Origin: an uncultured delta proteobacterium
GTDB lineage: Bacteria > Desulfobacterota > Desulfobacteria > Desulfobacterales > B30-G6
Direction: 5' to 3'
NCBI GenBank assembly: GCA_963823335.1
Contig: CAWGLD010000006.1
Location: 96,001-160,000, forward strand
Length of the DNA stretch: 64,000 bases
The number at the start of each line of letters is the position of its first letter. Positions within the stretch are counted from its first letter, which is position 1. Of this stretch, positions 48,221 through 58,073 are shown piece after piece. The position numbers and the translations under genes were made by a program. The notes under the pieces were generated by a model. The model did not search any database, had not been told where the DNA came from, and saw nothing but the letters and a program-made list of their open reading frames with translations.

Positions 48221-48973
48221 ATGAAATTAGAGGGAAAAATCGCATTGGTAACCGGAAGTAGCCGCGGTGTCGGCAAAGCCGTAGCGCTCGGTTTTGCAGC
48301 GAGTGGGGCGGATGTGGTAATCAACTACACCTCCAATCAGACTGCCGCCGATGGCGTGGTCTCAGAAATTCAATCCATGGGTCGTTCGGCGGTGGCTGTA
48401 AAGGCAGATGTTGCCGTCAAGGCGGATGTGGAGCGTCTTGTTGACACCGCTGTGGAGAAGTTTGGGAAACTCGATATTCTGGTCAACAATGCCGGATTTA
48501 CCCGGCCTGCCATGATGGTAAAAATGAGTGAAGAACAGTGGGATCAGGTGGTGGATATCCATTTGAAAGGCGCTTTTATGTGTTCCCAGGCTGCAGGAAA
48601 GGTGATGAAGGAACAAAACAGCGGAAAGATTATCAACGTGACCTCGGTAGCCGGAATTGTGGGAACCGTAGGTCAGATCAATTACAGCGCCGCCAAGGGC
48701 GGGATCATCAGCATGACCAAATCCATTGCCCGGGAAATGGCAAGATACAATGTTTGTGCCAATGTTATCTCTTTGGGGATCGTGGCAACAGACATGACCG
48801 AAAAGATCAGGACCGATGAAAAACTAAAAGAAATTTATATGAATCGTATCCTGCTCAAACGTTTTGCAGAACCAGATGACATATCGCCCGCTTTTGTCTT
48901 TTTTGCCTCTGATGATAGTAATTACATCACCGGGCAGCTGGTGTGTGTAGATGGTGGGTACGGAATGATCTAA
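48221..48973 (+). CDS. SDR-family 3-oxoacyl/3-hydroxyacyl-CoA dehydrogenase (FabG-like)
   Basis: TGSSRGVG, NNAG and YSAAK motifs. Confidence 0.88.
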   Translation: MKLEGKIALVTGSSRGVGKAVALGFAASGADVVINYTSNQTAADGVVSEIQSMGRSAVAVKADVAVKADVERLVDTAVEKFGKLDILVNNAGFTRPAMMVKMSEEQWDQVVDIHLKGAFMCSQAAGKVMKEQNSGKIINVTSVAGIVGTVGQINYSAAKGGIISMTKSIAREMARYNVCANVISLGIVATDMTEKIRTDEKLKEIYMNRILLKRFAEPDDISPAFVFFASDDSNYITGQLVCVDGGYGMI

Positions 48974-49096
48974 AAATAAAATCGTTGCACGATTTTATCT
49001 GGCGCGACTTCGTCGCTTTAAGAAGGTACCGTTCTTCAATTTGTTTGGCGTTTCGATAGTCGAATTTAAAGTTTATCAACAGAGGAGAATCTACGT

Positions 49097-50263
49097 ATGA
49101 GTAAAGTAGCTATCATCGGCGTCGGTCAGAGCACATTTGTTCGATCGTACCCCGGCTCCATTCGGGAGCTTGTCTTCGAAGGATTTAAAGACTGCATGCA
49201 GGATGCCCAGATCGCTGCCAGCGACATCGACGCATCGATTGTCTGTTCGGCTCCCGAATATGACAAGCAACGATCTCCGGCAGGTGTTTTTGCAGAATAC
49301 CTGGGCCTGAATCCACAACCGACATTCTATGTCGAAAGTCTCTGTTCCTCCAGCACAACAGGGTTGAAACTGGCTTATTCCCTTGTCAAATCAGGACTTC
49401 ACGACGTTGTGGCCGTTCTCGGCTTTCAAAAAATGTCCGAGATCTCCTCTTCGGAATCCCAGGAAAGGATGGGACGTGGGGCGGATATTCAATGGGAAAG
49501 CCCGTTTGGCACCATGATGCCGGCGTATTATGCCATGTACGCCAGGGCATACCTGGAACGTTATGGCGCCAGTCTGGATGACCTTGCCCTGATACGAGTA
49601 AAAGCCGCAACCTACGGCCAGATCAATGAAAAGGCCGTGTATCGAAAACCGGTTACATTTGAAATGTTCCAGGATCCCGAAAATATCATGGGAAGACCCG
49701 TATCGACACCCCTTCGGGTTGGCGATTGCTGCGCAAATGCGGATGGCAGTTCGTGCATCATCGTGGCTAGCGAGGAAAGAGCCAAATCCTTGTGTTCCAA
49801 ACCCGTCTGGATTATGGGTTTGGGTTCAGCTACCACCAGTGTGAACCTGGCCGGCAGAGATCTTTTTTCGGGTCTTTCGGTCGCACAGCACGCTGCCAGT
49901 CAAGCTTATAACATGGCCGGGATTACACCCAAACATGTGGATGTTGCTGAGGTGCACGACTGTTTTACCATCGCTGAAATGATGGCATATGAAAATCTCG
50001 GCTTTGCCGAGCCAGGAGAAGGAAAAGATCTCATTAAAGGAAAGGAAACCTACAAAGAGGGAAGTATTCCTGTTAATGTTGATGGGGGGCTGCTCTCGAA
50101 AGGACATCCCATAGGGGCAACCGGTGGATCCCAGGTGCGAACCATTGTTTTACAGCTCAGGGACGAGGCCGGTGATATTCAGGTAAAAAATCCCGAAATC
50201 GGTCTGATCCATAATATTGGCGGTGTCGGACTCTACGGGAATGTGACCATACTCGGACGTTAA
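49097..50263 (+). CDS. SCP2-type/archaeal-type thiolase
   Basis: ESLCSSS, EVHDCF, GHPIGATG and HNIGG motifs. Confidence 0.9.
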   Translation: MSKVAIIGVGQSTFVRSYPGSIRELVFEGFKDCMQDAQIAASDIDASIVCSAPEYDKQRSPAGVFAEYLGLNPQPTFYVESLCSSSTTGLKLAYSLVKSGLHDVVAVLGFQKMSEISSSESQERMGRGADIQWESPFGTMMPAYYAMYARAYLERYGASLDDLALIRVKAATYGQINEKAVYRKPVTFEMFQDPENIMGRPVSTPLRVGDCCANADGSSCIIVASEERAKSLCSKPVWIMGLGSATTSVNLAGRDLFSGLSVAQHAASQAYNMAGITPKHVDVAEVHDCFTIAEMMAYENLGFAEPGEGKDLIKGKETYKEGSIPVNVDGGLLSKGHPIGATGGSQVRTIVLQLRDEAGDIQVKNPEIGLIHNIGGVGLYGNVTILGR

Positions 50264-50429
50264 TTTATATATCATATCAGATTCTTAACAATATCAGATT
50301 TGTCAATAATCTTGTAAATGGGTTCGAGGGATCAAGGATTCAAGGGTTCAAGTGTGGCTGAGGGCTAAAAGCAGACAGCGGCATCCAGGCCTTCAAGCAT
50401 CCTCGCTTCCCAGCATACATGGAGGTAAC

Positions 50430-50864
50430 ATGGGAAAAAAAAATGAAATAGATGCTCGTTTTAATAAATTCGGAACAGTCAGTTTTACTGCGACCACCAA
50501 AACAAATGACTTTATCGACTTCCTGGAGGAGGGAAAGGTCATGGGGTCTCGTTGCACGAGTTGCGGTCTTGTGTTTTTCCCTCCCAGAGCAGATTGCCAC
50601 CATTGTTTGGGAAACGAAATGGAGTGGTTCGAGGTAACAGGTACCGGCAAACTTGTCACCTACAGTAAGCTGACATTTGCGCCCATCGGCTTTGAAGACG
50701 ACGTGCCCTACTGTATCGCACTTCTGGACTATGGTGCATTTAAAATTTTTGGGAGAATAGCATCCGGGTTTCCGGACGAAGAGTTACAGATCGGTATGGA
50801 CATGAAAACAAGCGCCAACACACTTTCAAACGGCCAGTTGAATTATGTGTTTGGCCGGGCATAA
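50430..50864 (+). CDS. DUF35 Zn-ribbon/OB-fold thiolase partner
   Basis: C..CG..FFPPR..C..C motif; ATG at 50430 after GGAGG; follows the thiolase. Confidence 0.88.
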   Translation: MGKKNEIDARFNKFGTVSFTATTKTNDFIDFLEEGKVMGSRCTSCGLVFFPPRADCHHCLGNEMEWFEVTGTGKLVTYSKLTFAPIGFEDDVPYCIALLDYGAFKIFGRIASGFPDEELQIGMDMKTSANTLSNGQLNYVFGRA

Positions 50865-51069
50865 CACGAATAAGCCGGCTAAGAATATGTTTTATTTAAC
50901 ACGAAATCACGAAAAAGACCGTGAACAATTTCGTGTTTTTCAGATTTATCCTTTACGGATACTTCGTGCGTGTTTTCGTGATTGTTTTCTATTACTGTTG
51001 CCAGAAAATCATTTTTTTCAGTTGTGTGACTAAAACAGTATAAAACCATCAAACCCAAGGATTTTAAAC

Positions 51070-51837
51070 ATGACCGACAAAACGATTGTCATCGAAAAAT
51101 CAGACAGTGTTGCAACCGTTTATTTTGCAAGACCCAAGCACAACGTGTTCAACATCGACATGATGAATCTTTTCTGCGAGACCCTGGAGGACCTGTCCAA
51201 AGATCCTGATATTAAATGCCTGGTAATAAGGGGTCAAGGTTCGAGCTGGTGTGCCGGCGTCGATGTGGGCGACCACAAACCGGAGATGGCCGATCAGATG
51301 ATTACAACCTTTAACCGTTCCCTGCTGCTTTTGGAATCTCTCGATGTGCCCACCGTGGCGGCCGTACACGGTGCCTGTCTGGGCGGCGGCATGGAATACG
51401 CCATTGCGTGCGACGTAATCATCGCCGGAGAAAGAGCGAAATTCGGGCAGCCTGAGGTGAAACTAGGATTTCTGCCGCCCTACGCAGCCATTCGTCTGCC
51501 TAAGCTGGTAGGACCGGCCAAAGCTATTGAAATCTGCTGCTCCGGCAAAGTCTACAGCGCCGATGCAGCCAAATCCATGGGTTTTGTCAGCCTGACCGTT
51601 CCGGATGATCAATTTGATGCGGCCGTTGATGACTGGCTTGAAGACATTCAGGCAAGCAGTCCGTTAATTCTTCGCCTCAACAAACAGGCCGTGACGCAAC
51701 ATCTCGGCATGAGAACACCAGAATCATTGCAAAGTGTCGGCAACCTGTTTCTCAACACCCTCATGCAAACAGAGGACACGCTGGAAGGTATTGCCAGTTT
51801 TTACGAAAAGAGAAGACCGAACTGGAAGAATAAATAG
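51070..51837 (+). CDS. dch: Enoyl-CoA hydratase, probable cyclohexa-1,5-dienecarbonyl-CoA hydratase (BamR/Dch)
   Basis: AGVDVGDH, CLGGGME and GQPEVKLG..PP motifs; near oah and had. Confidence 0.78.
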   Translation: MTDKTIVIEKSDSVATVYFARPKHNVFNIDMMNLFCETLEDLSKDPDIKCLVIRGQGSSWCAGVDVGDHKPEMADQMITTFNRSLLLLESLDVPTVAAVHGACLGGGMEYAIACDVIIAGERAKFGQPEVKLGFLPPYAAIRLPKLVGPAKAIEICCSGKVYSADAAKSMGFVSLTVPDDQFDAAVDDWLEDIQASSPLILRLNKQAVTQHLGMRTPESLQSVGNLFLNTLMQTEDTLEGIASFYEKRRPNWKNK

Positions 51838-51861
51838 ATAGGCTGTAGGCTTCTATCCTGA

Positions 51862-52086
51862 ATGAAGATGACTCGCGAACAAATACTCAAAAACGAAGGC
51901 TGGACAAAACAATCCTCCCACGATGAACCCCGCCTGTCCGATATTGTAGAAATGTACGAAGAGATCGGGCTAGAAGTTCTTCTTGAGCCCTTTAACCCGG
52001 ATGAAGAACCCGGATGTACAGATTGCATGCGGGGGTCCGCCCGTAATTACAAGACGATTTACACACGTGATAAACTCAGAATTTAG
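51862..52086 (+). CDS. Small conserved-looking hypothetical protein with CxxC
   Basis: EGW..., EPRLS..VEMYEEIGLEV, CTDC and IYTR; directly follows dch. Confidence 0.7.
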   Translation: MKMTREQILKNEGWTKQSSHDEPRLSDIVEMYEEIGLEVLLEPFNPDEEPGCTDCMRGSARNYKTIYTRDKLRI

Positions 52087-52192
52087 GGGTGGAGGTTTGA
52101 AGGGTTGACTGAAAGCCATCAGCGTTTAGTCACCCTCCACCCCTTCAAACCTCCGACCCTCAAACCCATTTCTGTATACCGGGAGCAACACA

Positions 52193-52807
52193 ATGAACTC
52201 AATAAACACAAAGAACCCAAAAAACGCCGCAGCTGAATCTCCCGCCCTTCTCATTATCGACATGGTTAAAGACAACTTCAAGAAAGAAAGAAACCTTCCC
52301 ATCACACCTCTGGCGATAAAAACCATCGATCCTTTGAATCAGATCATCCGTTTTTTCCGTTCCCATGCATGGCCGGTTGTTTTTTCAACAGACGCATTCA
52401 ATAAAAACGACTTTATCTTTACCGGTAGAATGCTGCCCCATTCGCTGGCCGGAACCGAAGGTGCAGAAGTGGTTGACGCGCTGGATTTTCAGGATACAGA
52501 TACCTGGCTCCCCAAACCGCGGTTTTCAGCATTTTTCAAAACCGGACTCGAGAAGATGTTACATGATCGGGGAATTACACTTTGCGCGGTCGCTGGTATC
52601 GCCACACCCTTTTGTGTACTGACAACTGCCATGGATGCCCTGTGCCATGACTTCAAGGCCGTCATTCTAGAAAACTGCTCTACGGCATTTTCAGATGACT
52701 TGCACCAGCAAACGCTGAGCCTCTATCGGCGCAATCCCCTTTATCCCCTCTTTCGTATCATGACATCCTCTGAACTGATGAATGAACTCAGCCCTGGCAT
52801 TTCATAG
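52193..52807 (+). CDS. Isochorismatase/cysteine hydrolase family protein
   Basis: LLIIDM, KPRFSAF and GIATPFCVLTTA (catalytic Asp-Lys-Cys). Confidence 0.9.
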   Translation: MNSINTKNPKNAAAESPALLIIDMVKDNFKKERNLPITPLAIKTIDPLNQIIRFFRSHAWPVVFSTDAFNKNDFIFTGRMLPHSLAGTEGAEVVDALDFQDTDTWLPKPRFSAFFKTGLEKMLHDRGITLCAVAGIATPFCVLTTAMDALCHDFKAVILENCSTAFSDDLHQQTLSLYRRNPLYPLFRIMTSSELMNELSPGIS

Positions 52808-53036
52808 ATACCCGGATCTGTTTTTATCCTGTAAGGGGTTTGACTACCGAATAACATCTCCTTTGATATAGAATTATACCGTTTGTCCTAATATTATTCC
52901 GAAAATAGGATGGCGGCATACGGGGTTGTAGCAGAAAAAGGCCCTCAATCGGAACGTTTATCTGACAACCCCTTATACGCTCTTGATGTTACTTGCGGCA
53001 AAGCCGCCTAAGATAAAAACGCGCAGCGATTTTATC

Positions 53037-53069
53037 TTGACTTAACCGTTTTGTAGCTGTAATGTAGCT
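53037..53069 (+). promoter_or_regulatory. Sigma70-like promoter TTGACT-N17-TAATGT overlapped by a TAGCT operator motif
   Basis: Hexamers at 53037-53042 and 53060-53065, upstream of iorA2. Confidence 0.5.
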
Positions 53070-53213
53070 TCAATTAAATGTATAATCGAAGAGCACCCAG
53101 GATCAGATACAAGGGCCTCTTCCCGGCAAGAAATCGATCTGATTGATTCTTTTGCATTCCCCTTAGGTTCTGCCTTGCGGCAATACTTCGCATGCTGCGG
53201 GGTTAGCGAGCGA

Positions 53214-53338
53214 GTCAACTACCACCCGTGAAACGGGTGGCTTGGATTTCCCCCAAAATGGGGGAAAAACAAAGGAGACGGCACGTCTCCGCAAGTTCAG
53301 GTTCGGAGCCGCGTGCCAAGCACGCGGTTTGTAGAACA
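53214..53338 (-). mobile_element. IS200/IS605-type palindromic miniature element, copy 1
   Basis: Four hairpins, no TIR or TSD; inserted directly 3' of TTGAT (minus strand) within a GCAGCAAGCTAC repeat; near-identical to 55566-55688. Confidence 0.8.
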
Positions 53339-53486
53339 ATCAAAATTAGACAGAATTCCTTACGGTCGCTGCGAAGCACTTCCGGACGGCAGAACATTCC
53401 TCGTAGCTTGCTGCGAGGTTCTTCAATCGTTATCCAAATATGTTCGTAAAACACTTTTATTCCCCATAAATCTTAAGGAAACGACC

Positions 53487-55336
53487 ATGCACAAATTACT
53501 CACTGATGAGCCGGGCAAGAAAATGCTTCTTCTCGGAAATGAGGCCATCGCCAGAGGTGCCATCGAAGCAGGTGTCGCCTTTGCCACAACCTATCCAGGA
53601 ACGCCGTCTTCTGAAATATCCCTTGCTCTTTTCCAGATGTCTCAGCAGTGCGACCTCTACTTCGAGTACAGCACAAATGAAAAAGTGGCCCTTGAAGTTG
53701 CTGCTGGAGCTGCCAATTCAGGTGTCAAAACCATGTGCATGATGAAACATGTGGGCTTGAATGTTGCAGCAGATCCACTCATGACCCTTGCTTACGTGGG
53801 TGTCAAAAGTGGTCTCGTCATCTTGACTGCAGATGACCCCTTTATGTTTTCGAGCCAGAATGAGCAGGACAACCGCTATTACGGAAAACTTTCGGGTTTG
53901 TCGATCATTGAGCCGTCTTCGGTGGAAGAAGCCAAGGAAATGATCCCTTATGCCTTTGATCTTTCACTAAAACTAAAGGAACCTGTCCTCTTCCGCACCA
54001 CCACCCGCATTAATCACTCCACAGGAATTGTCACCCTTGGTCCCATAGAGGAACGTATTACCAAGGGTACTTTTACAAAAGACCCGTTCAACTTGGTAAC
54101 AGTGCCTGCTGTTTCACGAAAACTTCATGTCAAACTCCTGGATAACATTCAGAAAGCCCAGGAAATATCTGAGACATCAGAATACAATTTTTCTTCTGGT
54201 AATGGCCCTTGGGGTGTTGTCTGTAACGGAGTTAGTTACAATTACGTATGCGATGCCATCAAGGATCTGGGGATCGAAGATAAAACCAAACTCCTGCGAA
54301 TCGGTTTTTCCCATCCCTTGCCGGAAAAACGTATCCAGGAATTTATTTCCAGCTGTGAAAAAATACTCGTGGTCGAAGAAGGCGAACCCTTTATGGAAGA
54401 GGCCATCAGGTCATTTGCACAGGAAATCCAGAGCACCATTCCCATCCAGGGAAAAGGTGAAGGGCTTTTCAGCCAACTTTATGAATTTGACCCCGCCCTG
54501 GTCAGGAGGGTTATGGGCAAGTTCTTTGGGGTTCCCGTTTCAACGGCTGTGATTCCTGATCTGACCGATGTGCCGGAAATTCCCCAACGGCCGCCCAATC
54601 TGTGTGCGGGATGCTCCCACCGTGCCACTTTTTATGCTGTGGGAAAGGCGCTTGAAGGCCAAGAAACCATTTATCCAACCGATATCGGTTGTTACACACT
54701 CGGCTTTCTCCCCCCCTGTCCAAGGGTGATTTTCTCATTTGCATGGGTTCCTCAGTAAGCACATCCTGCGGGTTCTCAAAAACAACCGATAAAAAAGTCA
54801 TTTCCTTTATCGGAGATTCTACATTCTTTCACTCCGGAATAACGGGGCTTGTCAATGCTGTCTTCAACAACCATAACTTCACTTTGATCATTCTCGACAA
54901 CGGTACTACGGCCATGACCGGGCATCAGCCCAACCCAGGTGTGGACATGGGCAATTTTAATCTGACCGATTTTGGCCGTATATCCATTGAAGAACTTGTC
55001 AAAGGAATCGGTGTAAAACATATCTCGAAAATCAAACCCTTCAGATTAAAAAAGAGCATACAGGCGATTAAAGACGCTGTAGCCTACGAGGGTGTCTCAG
55101 TAATCATAGCAGAAGAAATCTGTACCTTATACGCCAAGGGTTTGAAACAGTTAAAGGCCCGCCCCTTCCATGTAACCGACAAATGCAAGGACCATAAGGA
55201 TTGTATCAGCAGTTTGGGATGCCCTGCATTTTTTATTGACGAGGGCCGTGTCAAAATTGATCCCGAGATATGTGTGGGATGTGCTGTCTGTGCTCAGATA
55301 TGCCCTGAAAATGCAATATTGCCCATGAAATCATAG
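53487..55336 (+). pseudogene. iorA: Second indolepyruvate/arylpyruvate:ferredoxin oxidoreductase alpha subunit, frameshifted at a C7 tract (54710-54716)
   Basis: IorA motifs continue across two frames; one extra C restores ...GFLPPLSKGD. May be a sequencing error. Confidence 0.85.
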
Positions 55337-55506
55337 GGACGATTTCATGGAATGCGACCTTGTCGCTCCAACACAAAAGGCTATTAATCACGTATAGTTA
55401 GGACGATATGAAATATGGATCATCTCCCAAAGAGTTGACCCAAATTAAGGATTCAAGGATTCCAGGGATCCAGGGTTCGAGTGAGATGACGTGAGGCGCC
55501 AGCTAA

Positions 55507-55802
55507 ATGCTTAAGAATTATAAAGAGTTAAAGGTTTGGAAACGCAGACGATGATATCCGGTGATTGTTCTACAAACCGCGTGCTTGGCACGCGGTTCCG
55601 AACCTGAACTTACGGAGACGTGCCGTCTCCTTTGTTTTCCCCATTTTGGGGGAAATCCAAGCCACCCGTTTCACGGGTGGTAGTTGACTTGGATTATATG
55701 AACAAGGAAATGCTTGAGGAATTAAGAGAGGATCTTGGGGATGTAGAGAGAATGCTAAAAGCGATGATCAACTCCCTGGAAAACAAACACTTGAATCCTT
55801 GA
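55507..55802 (+). pseudogene. Decayed four-helix-bundle (bAvd/23S-IVP-like) gene with internal deletion and element insertion
   Basis: MLKNYKELKVW N-terminus is fused via TTGG to LETQTMISGD|LDY...VERMLKAMINSL, interrupted by 55566-55688. Confidence 0.75.
55566..55688 (+). mobile_element. IS200/IS605-type palindromic miniature element, copy 2
   Basis: TGTTCTAC...CCACCCGTTTCACGGGTGGTAGTTGAC inserted after GTGAT, with no target duplication. Confidence 0.8.
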
Positions 55803-55924
55803 ATCCTGGACTCCTTGAACCCTTTCTCCCAACTGATTGGGAGAAGATCCTGAAATATTAACAAATTTTCTTTTTCGCGCTGCGCAAGCAGCGTGGAAAA
55901 AGAAAATTAAAGATTGGACACATC

Positions 55925-56530
55925 ATGGAAACAAAAAGACTGATAATTGTAGCGGTGGGTGGCCAGGGAAACCTTCTGGCTTCGAAAGTTCTCGGCGAGG
56001 CGGCATTGATTTCCGACATACCAGTTAAAATGAGTGAAATTCATGGTATGGCTCAGAGGGGCGGCGTTGTTGAGTCCGCTATTGTTTTCGGAGATGCTAA
56101 AAGTACCATCATATCTGACGGAGAGGCAGATATTCTGGTTGGGTTTGAACCTTCTGAAACCTTGCGTGCCCTGAACAAATGCAGCAAGGAGACAGTGGTT
56201 ATTACCAACACATCACCCCTGCCGCCATTTACCGTTGGCATTGGCATCGGAACATACCCTGACATGGATGAGCTCCAGCGCCTGATCAAGGAGAAAACGA
56301 GTCAATTGATTGCCTTTGATGCGTCTTCTCTGGCAAATCAGGCCGGCAACCCCATGTCTTTAAACATCGTTCTGCTGGGTGCGCTGATTCAGACAGGAAT
56401 CCTGCCGTTGTCCGCCGAAAATATAAAGCATGCCATACGTACCACCACAAAACAGGCTTTTGTAGAGACCAATATCAAAGCCTTTGAGCTGGGTTTTTCT
56501 GCAGCAGAAAATGCTATGGAAAAGGAATGA
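55925..56530 (+). CDS. iorB: Second indolepyruvate oxidoreductase beta subunit
   Basis: VGGQG and SEIHGMAQRGG motifs. Confidence 0.92.
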   Translation: METKRLIIVAVGGQGNLLASKVLGEAALISDIPVKMSEIHGMAQRGGVVESAIVFGDAKSTIISDGEADILVGFEPSETLRALNKCSKETVVITNTSPLPPFTVGIGIGTYPDMDELQRLIKEKTSQLIAFDASSLANQAGNPMSLNIVLLGALIQTGILPLSAENIKHAIRTTTKQAFVETNIKAFELGFSAAENAMEKE

Positions 56531-56676
56531 ACATCGAACATTCAACATCGAATTTTGAATGAACAGATGAAGAAACAGATGTGTGACCTGGGGTTGAACT
56601 TTTTTCATTCATCATTGGACGTTCGATGTTCGATGTTGGACGTTCATCTTTTAAAAAATCATCAAGGAGGTATCAA

Positions 56677-57984
56677 ATGCCCTGGAATAAAGAATTCGAG
56701 TGCATGCCGGCCGCAAAACTCAAAGCCTTGCAACTGGAAAAGCTGAAAGAAACGGTTGCGTGGGTATCCAAAAAAGTTCCTTTCTACCAAAAAAAATTCA
56801 AGGAAATGGGGGTTAGACCGGGTGACATTAAACGTCTGGAAGATATCGCCAAATTCCCTGTTACCGTTAAAGAGGATTTGCGCGACAATTACCCCTTTGG
56901 CTTGTGTGCAGTGCCTCTGAAGGAGGTTGTCAGGGTGCACGCCTCCTCAGGAACCACTGGTAAGCCGATTACCGGTCCTTATACCCAAGAAGACCTGGAT
57001 CAGTGGACAGAATGTATGGTCCGGAATTTCTGGGCCGCAGGTGTTCGGCCCGAAGATATCGTTCAGAATGCCTACGGTCATGGACTCTTCACCGGTGGTC
57101 TCGGTTTTCATCAAGGATCGACCGCCCTCAAGTGCACAACGGTTCCAACAAGCGCCGGGCTGACGGAACGTCAGATTACATTGATGAAGGACTTTGGTGC
57201 CGATGTGCTCTGCTGCACACCCTCATATGCATTGACAATTGCGGAACGCGCTGAAGAATTAAAAGTCGATATCCGCAAACTGCCCTTAAGGGTTGGCTTG
57301 TTCGGTGCCGAGCCCTGGACGACTCAAATGCGCATAGAAATTGAAGAACGTATGGGCATCAAGGCGCATGAAGCCTATGGTTTGACGGAACTCGGCGGAC
57401 CTGGTGTTTCATTTGACTGCGAGGCTCAGGATGGCCTGCATATCAACGAGGACCACTTTCTGGCCGAAATTGTCGATCCGGTGACCATGGAACCGCTGCC
57501 TCTCGGTGAAAAAGGCGAACTTCTTTTCACATCTTTGCAGCGCAGGGCCATGCCCATGATTCGATATCGTACCAAAGATATCACCAGTCTCAGGCGGGAA
57601 AAATGTGCCTGCGGCCGCACCTTGATCAAAATGAAGAAGGTGTTTGGACGCACTGACGACATGCTGATCATCAGCGGTGTCAACGTGTTCCCATCCCAGA
57701 TAGAATCCTTGCTGCTCGACATCGATGAAGTCGAACCGCAGTATCGCATGATTGTACGTAAAAAAGGCTATCTCGACCAGCTCGTGGTTCAGGTTGAAGG
57801 CAAAAAAGAAATATATGATGCGGGGCCGGACAAGCGTTCAGAAATCGAAGGCAAGATCATGGGGCATATCAAGGGCAATATGGGCATCGGGGTCGAAGTC
57901 AATCTTGTAGAGCCCAAGTTTATCGCCAGAAGCGAAGGCAAGGCCCTGCGTGTTGTGGATGAACGGCCCAAACAATTAAGATAA
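56677..57984 (+). CDS. paaK: Phenylacetate-CoA ligase
   Basis: HASSGTTGKP, LFTGGLG, YGLTE, INEDHF, RYRTKD and GRTDDM motifs; ATG after AAGGAGG. Confidence 0.9.
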   Translation: MPWNKEFECMPAAKLKALQLEKLKETVAWVSKKVPFYQKKFKEMGVRPGDIKRLEDIAKFPVTVKEDLRDNYPFGLCAVPLKEVVRVHASSGTTGKPITGPYTQEDLDQWTECMVRNFWAAGVRPEDIVQNAYGHGLFTGGLGFHQGSTALKCTTVPTSAGLTERQITLMKDFGADVLCCTPSYALTIAERAEELKVDIRKLPLRVGLFGAEPWTTQMRIEIEERMGIKAHEAYGLTELGGPGVSFDCEAQDGLHINEDHFLAEIVDPVTMEPLPLGEKGELLFTSLQRRAMPMIRYRTKDITSLRREKCACGRTLIKMKKVFGRTDDMLIISGVNVFPSQIESLLLDIDEVEPQYRMIVRKKGYLDQLVVQVEGKKEIYDAGPDKRSEIEGKIMGHIKGNMGIGVEVNLVEPKFIARSEGKALRVVDERPKQLR

Positions 57985-58073
57985 AATACACCCGAGCTAA
58001 GGTAAGCGATACTGATCAAAGATTATATGGATTTTTGCAGATTTTATGCTTCGGATTTAAAGGGGGTATTTAT

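Noticed and set aside
52915-52980. Named ncRNA at the GGGGTTGT...ACAACCCC stem
   Set aside because: A stem is visible, but I cannot match it to any RNA family; single copy.
53313-53486. N-terminal extension of iorA2 and short ORFs 53215-53454 / 53228-53449
   Set aside because: They are translations of repeat and mobile-element sequence; the real start is ATG 53487 after AAGGA.
55507-55802. Diversity-generating retroelement (Avd accessory gene)
   Set aside because: No reverse transcriptase or TR/VR pair is visible in the window; only a four-helix-bundle remnant.
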